The notes beneath the pieces are model-generated. The model saw nothing but the letters and a program-made list of their open reading frames with translations. It was not told the DNA's origin and searched no databases. From Marsupella aquatica (taxonomy: Eukaryota > Plantae > Marchantiophyta): DNA of 64,000 nucleotides. Below are positions 14,046 to 24,900 of the stretch, piece after piece. The stretch's first letter is position 1. Each line of letters begins with the position of its first letter. The stretch covers positions 24,293,520 to 24,357,519 of the forward strand of contig OZ316893.1 in assembly GCA_973895155.1 (NCBI GenBank), read 5' to 3'. The position numbers and the translations under genes are program-made.

Positions 14046-15908
14046 GTACTGGAAATGGACATGGGATAGTTGCAAGGTGTCCTCTTCGTCTCTGTTTTCT
14101 GACCAGTTTGCACTTTTTGTAAGTGCAAAGAGCACCCATAAAACAACAAATGTATAACTGCAAAGCCCCTATAAGATTTTATATGCACTTATGTTTAACT
14201 GCAAAATTCCTCCAATTACATATAATTAAGTGCAATTCACTTTAACATATATAGAGTAAAATTGCACTCATGAGATAGGGGGTCATGTTTAGGGCAGGGA
14301 TGTAAAACTCAGGGAGGAAGTCAGCAGGGGTTAGACCAACAGAGTTGCACTATGGATATGTACTCTTATTGATAAATGTAAATTTCAATTGTTTGCACTT
14401 ATGACATAGCGCAAACCGCTCATTAAAACCACACCTGACCATATAAAATGGCCCCATTCCCTGCCCCACTTTTGCTGATTCTTGTCTCATGGTGAACAGT
14501 GTACCAACAGTAAACAATGGAGCCAAAATCCAGTCATAGTGAAACTGAATTGGTAGCTCTTATGTAGGTACAGTAGTTGTGAGCCACTGTCCCCAAAGCA
14601 AAATCTGGTGAATCCAGGTACTAAATGAGTGAATAATGTTCTCAAGAAAATAATAAAGTGCACTTTTTTGGTACTCCCCGAACCTGGTGATTTAAGTACA
14701 TATTGGAGGCTTTGCCCCAGGAGTGTGCACTTAGAGAGAAGTCTCTATATTCCCAACCATCACACCGGCCATAGCCCAACACCACCACTAAGAAGGCACT
14801 CATTCTCTCACCACCGCATCTCATTCTCTGGTCAGTATCCACTCCTTGGCTGCAAGTTTGAACACACAACCCATCTCCTAAAACAACGCCCACCACGTGT
14901 TCTCCTCCTATACTCATTCTTTCTGGAAGTCTCACGATTCACAAAGGCTCTCCATCTGTCGCTGCTGTGTCCCGTGCTTGTTGTTTGCACATTGGAGAGT
15001 TTCAGTTGCAATACAATACAGCTTGTTGGTGGGTTGGTGGTGTAGATTTTACAAAGAGCAGCTACTTACCTCTCTCGACATCGTTCTCGGCCAGCATCCA
15101 ATTCAAGTTCGAATTCTCCGTGTCTAGATCGTTGCGTTTCAGCTCCTACGGTGATCAATCTTCATCCTCTCTTGGCATCACATTTCTCGGATTGGTGGGT
15201 GGTGTTCTGGGCTTTGCATCTCATTGTCCAAATCAGGCAAGGCAGGCAGCCCGGAGGTTGCTCAAAGCAGGTAACTGGAAAATGAGCTATGGACTACGAA
15301 CGAACTCGTTTTCCTTTATTTCTTTTTTAGTCTTCCTCCTCTTTCTCTTTTGCGCCCACACTCTTTTGATTGTATCATGGGTTTTTCAAAGATTGAGAGT
15401 ATCCAATTTTCGTTGACGTCTGTGGAGGTGTTGAGTATGGCTTTGTGGTTTGTGGATTGGGAGGATCGCAGCTTTCGTTCGGATGCAAAGAATTGTTGGT
15501 GTAGTCAACCGTCTAAGGTGTCATCTAAGTAATTTAGCGTTTGATCAATCACGGTTCTGCCCATGTTATGTCGTCTTGGATTTTATGTGAGTTTCTGTGT
15601 CCTTGGAACTATTGAGTAAATCATCGAGGAGGGGAGAGGCAGGTTCTCCTTCTGTGCACCTACCGTAGTCTGTGGGGAGCCGAGGTCTCTGTTGTGAGTT
15701 CTCTACAGGATTCAGGACCTGAACTCTTTCCGGGTCAATTAGAAGTTGCTACTTTCTAAAGAAACGCTTGGTGGGTTGGTGGGTAATCCAGATTTATGTA
15801 TTTTGGTCTCCAGCTGTAATATCTCGGGGAGGGCTCTGCCCAATAGCTTTTATTCCAAAGCTCGGTCTGACGGTGCTATGGTTGCGTTGCCCTCCTGTGC
15901 AGGTCTGA

Positions 15909-17950
15909 ATGGCTCACGCTTGTGGCCATCTTCTTTCAGTGAAGCCGACTTCATTGGTTGGCCCTTCTGCTGCTGCTGTGGAGAGTACTCCAAAGACACA
16001 GTTGAAATGCTTCCGGTCTGCCTCCTCTTCCCCATCGGTCTCATTAACGGCTAATAAGAACGCAACGAGGATGACGGTCGTGACGGAAGGACGACTAGGA
16101 GGACAAGGAGGCGGAGCGGGCGTCCTGGAGAGACCAGGACTCGATCAGTCTAGCCCTGATACTGCACCTCGTACTGAAGAAGGTATGATTGGATTGCGTA
16201 TTGGCTCTCAGTATTCAGTTCTGAGCACTGCATTCTCGAGCGTTTGTCATGACCTTATGGCCAGTTGTGTTTAAGAGTGAATATTCAGAGATAGTTGAGT
16301 GGATGGATGTTGGAATAAGTGGGACCAACTGCGGACAGGGGACTAAATTTGTTGGAATTGAGTCACACTCCAACTGATGAGGGGGGTAGGCATCAAGGGC
16401 CTGTAGCTCAGTGGTAGAGCACTATGATGTACACTGGAGGTCCTAGGTTCAATTCCTAGCCGGTCCATGCTGTTGACAATTCCAGCATGGTATCAGAGCC
16501 AAAGAACAGGAGTTTCCCTTGTAGCAAGTGTGGCACAAGGGAGGGTGTTGGAAATGAGCCTCACTCGAACTGATGAGGGATGCAGGCATCAAGGGCCTGT
16601 AGCTCGGTGCTAGAGCACCACTATGTACACTGGAGGTCCTAGGTTCAATTCCTAGCTGGTCCAAGCTTTTGACAATTCCAACAAAATTGTGTTTCTGATT
16701 AGAGGGGTAGATGTTGTCACCTGATGGTTAATTTGTGAATTCTATGGGGGATGTGCGAGAGGTTGCAGAGTTTTTAAAAATCAACCGAACAGCATGGTTT
16801 TGTTACCGAGCTGAGAATCATTCCGGTTACTGGTCTGAATGGAGATGACTGAAATGAGGAGTAAACAGCTTGTGATTAATATTCTGCTACAAATCCACGC
16901 ATTAGCTTGGATGAATTCATCCGGATGGGTCAAAGAGATCCATAGATGTAGTCATTACTCTGAAAATCGAAAGTGTTATTTTCTAAGAATTTGCTCAAGG
17001 CGTTTGAAAAGACTCCAATAGATAGTTTCGTCTCGACTTGCTCTTTAAACAGTCCAGACAATACTGTACCTGCTCCGTCAGATTATCTAAATCTCTTCTA
17101 AATGTACGAGAGCCTCCAAGTGAAGTTGTCCTTAAGTGACTCTAGAGAACACTGCTCATCCTATCCTTCGTGGTCTCGCAGGTGGAGAGATGGGAAAGTC
17201 TCGCCAGACGGTGAAATTTGGTGGTGGCGATAGGTACCGTGTTCTACTCCTTGATCATGAACGTCATACTGAATCTCACGGTAAACAACTCTGAAACCTT
17301 ATTGGCTGTCAATCAAGGGATGTTCCTGTGATCTTGTGGGTTTGGAGGATTTCGTCTGTGACAATCATTCGTGTTTCAGTGATGATCATCTGCTCTAATC
17401 TAGTTATTGTTCTCTCTTGATTTCTTAACCGGGTATGTCGTTGTGGTCAGTCTTCTGATGGAACAATCCATGATCATTTTAACGTTTTTCGAGTCGAATG
17501 GTCCTTAACTCTGCCACTTGGAAATTGCAGTTGCAAAGGTGATTCCACGAGTAGTGCCCTCTGTTACCCCGGACGAAGCCAGAAAATGCTTTTACGAGTC
17601 TAGAGAGTTTGGCTTTGGATTGGTGACCATCGCAGTTAGGGTAAGAATTCCTATCCTCACCTCGCAAACTCGCTGAAGGTCTCTGTACAACAGATGAATT
17701 CAATGCCCTGCTTTGAATCTTTGAGTATTATAATCTCCGTCAATCTTGAATTAAATGGATGTTGAAGCGCTTTATGTATAACTTGCCTGATAGCCCATTG
17801 AAAACCTGCTGACTATTTCAATGTGGAGCCCACAGAAAACCTTCTGACTATTTCAATGTGGGAGTGCAGGAGCATGCTGAATTTTATGTTCAAATGTTGT
17901 GTCGCTATGGATTACGGTCCACAATGGAGCAGGACAGCACTGTCGCTTGA
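15909..17950 (+). CDS. ClpS-family ATP-dependent Clp protease adaptor, probably plastid-targeted (4 coding exons)
   Basis: Exons 15909-16182, 17182-17280, 17531-17640 and 17870-17950 give a Ser/Ala-rich transit-like N-terminus, then GGAGVLERP...GGGDRYRVLLLDHERHTESHVAKVIPRVVPSVTPDEARKCFYESREFGFGLVTIAVREHAEFYVQMLCRYGLRSTMEQD. This is a ClpS core of the variant lacking the canonical HNDN motif of CLPS1. Confidence 0.88.
16397..16467 (+). pseudogene. tRNA-like cassette in 5' LTR (A and B boxes intact, anticodon arm degenerate)
   Basis: Imperfect GGGCCTG/CCGGTCC acceptor stem, A-box TAGCTCAGTGG at 16404-16414, D-stem GCTC/GAGC, T-stem CTAGG/CCTAG and B-box GGTTCAATTCC at 16446-16456. The anticodon region ATGTACAC is ambiguous (GTA or TAC). 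Confidence 0.8.
16593..16663 (+). pseudogene. tRNA-like cassette in 3' LTR
   Basis: Second copy GGGCCTGTAGCTCGGTGCTAGAGC...GGTTCAATTCCTAGCTGGTCCA, followed by TTTT at 16667-16670. Confidence 0.78.
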
Positions 17951-18633
17951 ATGTCAAAAATGCTTGCAAATTTGCAGCCTGCTGACTAGGAAGTTTTGCA
18001 CCAAGGAGAATTTACCATAGGCAATCAAACAATTTAGGAAAAATTATTCGTTTTGTGAAATTGAAACCACCCGGATTTGCGAAGTTCATGTATCCACCAC
18101 CACCCTATGCCTGTGAAATCCGTTTTGCTAGGATGCAGGCTATGGTTGTATTGAATATTATAGAAAGACCAATTTGTCTGAGTGTACTATTAACCTCAAT
18201 AAAGACCCCTCGAGGGATTTGCGCCCCATAGGCTCGCAAGATTGAAATCAATGTGGTTCCATCAACAGATTTACGATTCTATGTACTGCACGAAAGGCTG
18301 CAGCATTAATAACAGTGGGTAAATACTGGGAATATGAGAGCTCTAAAGAAAAATCAACCCCTGGACCCTGTTGAAAGCCGTGCCCATTTTGCTGCTCATG
18401 ACAAATCGAACAATGCTGTTGGCAAATCACTGGACTGCCACCAAATGTATGCACTGAGTCGTATATCCCAAAAGTTTGCGGAAGGAAGCTTTGTTGATCA
18501 CTTTGGAACGGTGGTCCTGGTTTAGTAACCCACGCTTTTGCATGAAGCATCTTCCGCCAATGTCTTCTTGCATGGCGGCCATAACACTACAATTCCATCT
18601 TCTTCGAAAAATAGAGTCGTTAGAAGGATTGGT

Positions 18634-19244
18634 AGTTGGCACTCTTGCTTTAAAAACTAAATCAACCATATCGATCCCAAACGTTGACTATACAGGCTCC
18701 CTGATCATTTTCTATACTCAATTATGGTAACCATCGTTCGACTTACGATAGTCTCCGATTCTTTTATACCATTTTGGCGAATAGATGCATTTGACAGAGC
18801 CCCAACGATATACAGAGACGGGAGACACTTGGATATGTTGGACTACCCAAAATCTTGGGGCGGAAAAGAGAAATGTCCAGGATCCCATCTAAATCTATTT
18901 TCAGTTTTTTATAGCTTGAAAGTCTCTTGCTCAAGACACCGTGTTGGGCTGTCCAAGTTATCCCTGCTTTAACAAGTTCAGGGATTTGTTGTCCGACTCT
19001 TGCGAATCAACCGGTACAACTTGGCAGCATTTGTACACATGCCAATGACAAAATTGTCACAGTAGTCGACTGGTTGAAATGCCAATCGATGCTGGGATTG
19101 CAGTCCTTTGTGACAATGGGAGCAGCAGATGCCATTACTGAATTGCTCCCGTCAATCTTGTGTTGCGGGATATCATTCATTCCATGAAGCCAGATTTCTC
19201 TTCCTCCAGAACGGATGCACAAATTCATCGCGGGTTTTAGTAGC
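18634..19244. repeat. About 600-bp dispersed direct repeat, copy 1
   Basis: Colinear with 28045-28595 (shared AGTTGGCACTCTTGCTTT, AAGTTATCCCTGCTTT, GGTACAACTTGGCAGCATTTGTACACA, GCCAATCGATGCTGGGATTGCA and AAGCCAGATTTCTCTTCCTCCAGAACGGATGCACAAA). Confidence 0.9.
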
Positions 19245-19869
19245 CATACCTGGACCAGACCACCTGGGAAGGTCACTAATTGCTATCTCACCAAGAATTC
19301 TGCAAGCTCCACCGTTTATCTGCTTACACAAATAGTTCAGCATCTTGGATATACACAATGCTGGTAATGGATAACGAAGAAGAGAAACTCGCCAGAAGAA
19401 GGGCTGTTGTTGCCCTCCTTGGGCACCGAAGTAGTAGATTGCTGAAAATGAGAAGCTCCTCCTGACTGCCCACTTGATTGCGTAGGCTGACTATTTTGAA
19501 TGTTTCTGTAGTCTGGTCCTCGCTGCACCTCTTCTCTCGCCAAATGATGTACGCTACCGTCCCCAACACTATTTGAAGGTCGAGAGTCCCCTGACTTGTT
19601 GAACCCGCCACTGGGAACGGAAACTATGCATTGAAGAATAATTATCACAACAGGGATAAGAAAGCCATGAACGGAATGGCATGCATTAAGTAGATTAAGC
19701 CACGATATATGTAATGGACCTGGTAGATCTTAGAGCCTGCTTGATCTGTAGACTGCTGGGGTTGGTAGTTATTCCCCGCCGTTGCCACGGAGCCTTCTGG
19801 ATTCGCCGACCAAGCTGCTCTTGTCGCCATTTGAGCCAGTGATGGTTCCACGGAACCTCGTCGAGTCAT
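19173..19869 (-). CDS. Putative small low-complexity orphan protein (about 3 exons)
   Basis: Three consecutive minus-strand open segments (MTRRGSVEPSLAQMAT...KIYQ; VPSGGFNKSGDSRPSNS...NNSPSSG; ILGEIAISDLPRWSGPGMATKTRDEFVHPFWRKRNLASWNE*) are separated by T-rich intron-like gaps. One donor would have to be GC. No recognised domain. Confidence 0.3.
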
Positions 19870-20126
19870 GCTTATAACACCATGCCAGCCTTCAGACTCC
19901 CGAATGATAAGACGGGTTGGTAAATTTCCACGATGATGTTTGCAGGTGTCAGCCAAATTAAACTTTCCCTATCTCGGGTTATGCAGTAACTACAAAATTT
20001 GGGAATTGCCAACACGGCTAAGTACCGTCTTCCACGAGGAGGCTTATTGATTACTTGGACAGCTCGTACGCCTAAATGCTCCACACTTCGTCCCAAAACT
20101 TCCAACAGCTCTGGCTCGAGCTCTTC

Positions 20127-20331
20127 CTTCCTATTAAATGCTCCTAGATCACGGGTGAGGTCTCACCACAATGCTCCTAGATCACGGGTGAGGTCTCACC
20201 ACAAGCTTCCTATTAAATGCTCCTAGATCACGGGTGAGGTCTCACCACAAGCTTCCTATTAAATGCTCCTAGATCACGGGTGAGGTCTCATCACAATGCT
20301 CCTAGATCACGGGTGAGGTCTCACCACAAGC
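20127..20331. repeat. Minisatellite: 5 copies of a 33-bp core, in 33-bp or 45-bp units
   Basis: AATGCTCCTAGATCACGGGTGAGGTCTCACCAC occurs five times, with an optional AAGCTTCCTATTA linker. The core contains the inverted repeat GGTGAG-GT-CTCACC. Confidence 0.92.
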
Positions 20332-21951
20332 TGCAGCCTCTTGCAGGAATATGCCTGTGCAACCGTCACGTACTGACAGGATTAATATTGTACAATTAAG
20401 CTCATTTGAGAATTGTGTATTCTTTCTTCCATACTTTTGGGCTCATGGCCGTTTCTGTTTGTCAAGACAGCTCACGCATCACCGATCACTCATCACCGAA
20501 TCCATGCTCATACCACACACGATTCAACTGGATAATGATAGCTTCTTGTCCCAATGTTTGATTAGTTTACAGACTGATTTCTGCCAACAAGTCCAAGGGA
20601 CTTTCTTAGCAATTATCCATTGGAATTTCGGGTTTAAAAACAGGTGTAAGCTACACGAATACTTTAACTACGGACATGGCCCTTGAGAGTCAATCGTCTA
20701 TTTAAAAAATCCCAATAAAACAAGAAAAAATCCCCCCGGAACAAGCTGGGCAACGAACGGCATCAGAAGTGAAGCTTACTAGACCTATGGAGTCCTTGGA
20801 TGCATTGCCTACACACAGCAACACTTTTGAAGTTTTTTCGATTAGACATGATCGAAAAACTCGCTGCTGATAACTGCACAAATGTGAGACCAATTTCGCC
20901 TGGAAGCTCATGATGGCTTTGATTCATCACTAGAGACCGATCCAACGAGTAATTTGAGGGGACCATCGCAATCACATCTTGCTCTGTAAATATTAATTTT
21001 TCAATGTATTCACAAGATTGTAGAATAGAATCTGTGAAATTGATCTGATCTCGTTCTTCCCCATGGTTCACAATTTACAATCACTAATCATTCGAAGTCA
21101 ATGGTGTAAGTGGATACTTCTATCAGATGAAAGGGAAGGGTCTGGAATTTCTGGCCTAGGCTTCGAATTGTTTCGGAGTTAAGAAGCCCTTTTCCGCAAG
21201 AAGTTTTCGTCTCTGTATTTTGTTAGTCCTTAGCTGTTGTTCTCCATCGCTCTTTGATTCTGGAATTGGCAGCGGGTCCGAATTAGTTCCACACATACAC
21301 CCCTGATCAGTTCCATATATACATACCCACGTGGGCACCAATGTACTTTAGAAACAATTCATTGCTCAGTCATTCATTGCGAGATGGTCTTTGCACACGA
21401 AATTAAGTAATCTGACGAGAGTTTAATTAGAAAAACGTAATTTATGCAAAGAATCTCGATGCCAGTGAGAAGAGCTGGAACTGCATATGCCTCGTCTGAC
21501 CTTACATAAAGACATCTTCTCATCGTCCGGAAAGCTCTTAACGAATTATTGGGTGTCAACACAGAATTCGAGTAACCAGGATTATATCGCGCAGACAAAC
21601 TTCAAAATGTTTTATACATGACAAACGTAAGTTGTTTCCTGTAAATTTCAAGAAAAAGCAGTTTCATGAGTACCTGATTCACAATCGTCGAAATGTCCAT
21701 CACAGAATCGCTGTCCTTTGAGCAGCCCGAGGGCAAATCCATCAAGGGCACCACACCTGCTGCAGCATGTCAGGGTCGATACATGTAGAGTACAGATCGA
21801 AAAATGGGGCAGGGTACACAATCGATCATTCTAGATGGATGTACGCCGATATTATGCCAACCGATGGGATGACAGCTCTCTCACAATTCTGAGATGCATC
21901 TTTTAATTCTGACTCGTCAAACAAAACTATTTTACCCTTGTACTCCAGCTT

Positions 21952-24900
21952 TCAATGAGGTACAGAGCGCAATATTCGCTGATTAAATCCCTTCCGAAAG
22001 TGGCTCTCACACACCCAGCCGATCCTTGTTTCATGGCCTGGTTCTGTGTAGACAACTTTGCGCAGTTGGAAGTCATTCCAAAAGCTTGAGCCGTCATCCA
22101 GTTTAAGGATCTCCTTGAGGCCTTGCGTGTGGGGATCAACCTTCCAATACCTCTCCAGCGCCTTCAAGATTTGTTCTTCTGAAATTGGGCCGCGGGGGCG
22201 GCCAGGGTTCATCATCTCGTGCACCATTTCGCCATCCAGGGTGGGCATTTCAGGGACGGTGAACAAGCTCTGGATCCAGTCGTCTACCTGCGGCACTACA
22301 CCAACCATGCTCACACCGGCCCATAGGAGAGACACGGCAAGCTTTGCTATAGGTATGTTATAACCACCGGCCCTGGCATTCAACTTCACTGTCCTCCCCA
22401 GCTGACCTTCCACTTTATGCGATCCGTCTTTGTGATCGCAAAGCAGATGGAGCTTGATGGGAATCACCTTGCTCAAGTAGAGGCGTGTTTCCAATCTCCT
22501 GAGTGTCCCCACGTCTTCTATTGACGGATAGAAGAGAGTTGGTAATTGATCAGTACCACTCAACACTGAAGCTGTGGACTTTGAAACCAAGGGTACCAGA
22601 CTTCGTTGACCTTTGCTGCTAATCTTTTCGTACGAACCCTTTCCCTCCAGCAGGTCAAGAGCCCAGTCAGTATCGCTCACATCTTGTATTCTTTGGCTCC
22701 ATATATGTCGGTAGCCATTGTCCTCAGCTACTAGACCTTTCAGCTCTGCGATCGAAACAGAGTGCGCTTTCCTATCTATGCACAAGTGCAGATACTCGAC
22801 ACATATTGGCCTTATGACTGATTCAACAAGCTCCACTCCTTGGCAACCTTGAGGTGAAGCACAAAAAGTGCGTATTGTTTCCACCACATGCTCTCCTACA
22901 AATTCTGTAGACTTTGCAAACGGTTCCGATGATTTGACTAGAATGTCGATGAAATCGTCGGTGTCACCTGCATATTCCATGCACACCTCAATACCACTTT
23001 TTGCAAAGCATATGAGATTTCTTCCAACTTCAAAGCCAAGATTCTCAGTCCACCTCTTCGCATGTATGTAATTCCGCAAGTGAACCTGCACATAGGAACT
23101 GTGACTTTTAGAAACAACCAAGTAAAATTCAATGCAATCTCACAACATATCATATGCTGAAGAACGAAAAAGAACAATATTCGCAACGTCAACAAGGAGA
23201 GTCCATCTGTCGACAGGGAAAGTACACTTGCTCCCGATATGATCATCCAAACAAGATATATCACAAAAGATTTGAAACGACTTCACAACTTCCAGAATTA
23301 CCTGCAACCTTGGGAAAAATCCAGGCGTCAAAAATGTGGTTGATCTATTCTGACATTCAAGGCGACGGCCAAAATACTCCAAGTGCCCTTCCTGTTGTAC
23401 TTTCCATTGCAGTTGTCGTTTGCCTTTGGCAGCAGTCTCGTTGTCATCATCAAAAAGGGCTGGCATGAACAACAAAGAATACATATTTCCTGCTTCTTCG
23501 TGGGTGTTTTGAAAACACATTTCCAAGTGGATCATCAAATCTATTAACTTCTCGGGTGGGATAGATTGCTTGAGATCCATGCTCTGCAACGATTGCTCCA
23601 AATGTTGTTGCATGTCTTGCCTTTCCACAAAGCCCTCACAATGGGCAAGCTCACAAGACTCTGTGTGACTCCAGAAAGCACTAATGCACGTGGAAGCCTC
23701 TCTTTGGGGTTGGTCTGCTCCTTTGAATGCATTTATCAATGAACCCAAAACATCTATCCCAAACCAACTGGGGTTGGTCACAATGAAATCAGTTTTCTTG
23801 GAAAATATGATTTCGCCTAAATCGTGCAAATAAGCCAACACAATCTTCCAGCCGTCCTCTGAAAGCCATTCAAATTCTAGCTTTTCTTTACAGAACTTGT
23901 AGAACTCATCCAGGCTTAAAACAGGTTTCAGCGGATTTACTTTTGACCAGCCCTCCAAAAGATTTCGAACTTGCTCACATACTACATATTCTTGCTGCTG
24001 TCCCAAAATCTCTTCTAAGCTGTTGTTACTTGTAGTCAGTAGGCATTGCACATCTTCCGCAGAGTGAGCGTTCACAACATCAACGACCTCACACAAATTG
24101 AGAACATCCTTGAATACATTTTTCAGCTCACGCACCACACACTTTGCTCTGGAAATGGAATTAGTTTTCCCCCGAGTGTCGAGGGTATCTGTCTTCGTTA
24201 GAACAAATCTCACTCGAGGCAATTGACTCCCTCCACCTTGCCTGGAATTGGATGCCAGAAATCTCATCCAATACTCACACTCACCTCTGATGGCGCTTTC
24301 ATCTTTAATTTTACCCTTTGGGTCTCCATCATCTGGAGGGAATCGGCAACTACAGACGTACAGAAACAATGAATTCTTGACATCAGGGAACATATAGTCA
24401 TGAAGGGCATAATATTCCTTCTGCCCAGCAAAGTCCCAAACGGACTTTAAATATGGCTGTTTCTCAAGAACTACTACCTGAAATCCTCTAGTTCGGGCTG
24501 TCGATGCTTCGTGCGCATCGCTCCCAAGAAGGATTTGTTGCAGACAAGGGTACGATTGAATCAGTCTCTTCCAAAACATTTCGAACTGATGAGAGAAGGA
24601 AGTGCCATGCTCTATGCGCTTCATGGTCTTGGAAATTTCTGTTTTTCCTGCGATTTAAACGAACAGACCTAGCAGTTACATCACATTCATCAGACGAGTT
24701 TTAGTTCTACAAAAGCAACGCAAAATCATGTTGAGTCAACGGAGCAAAGATGATTGTGGACAGATACGGAGCACAATCTGTCCACAATGCAGCCACTGTT
24801 ACTGATGAACTTGTGGTTGGGTCTTTAGCAATCTATACATACAAGCTGGTTCAATACAGTCGAAACTTTTTCAAAATAGGTCTAGAGTAATCAGTTACAT

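Larger units (their letters stand above)
16350..16683 (+). mobile_element. TRIM (non-autonomous LTR retrotransposon) with tRNA-derived LTRs, in ClpS intron 1
   Basis: LTR1 16350-16487 and LTR2 16546-16683 are both 138 bp with TG...CA ends and about 16 mismatches. PBS TGGTATCAGAGC at 16488-16499, PPT AAGGGAGGG at 16537-16545, and TSD AAATT at 16345-16349 and 16684-16688. The outer termini TGTTGGAATTG and CAATTCCAACA are perfect 11-bp inverted repeats. Confidence 0.93.

Noticed and set aside
14629-15416. ORFs of 138-149 aa upstream of ClpS
   Set aside because: They have non-ATG starts and no homology. The region looks like promoter and 5' UTR, with a leader intron at about 15271-15902.
16397-16663. 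Two functional tRNA genes (Val-TAC or Tyr-GTA)
   Set aside because: The anticodon arm does not pair properly, and both copies sit at the same position within the LTRs of a TSD-flanked element.
20127-20331. CRISPR-like array with palindromic repeats
   Set aside because: There are no unique spacers or cas genes and the context is eukaryotic. It is a simple minisatellite.
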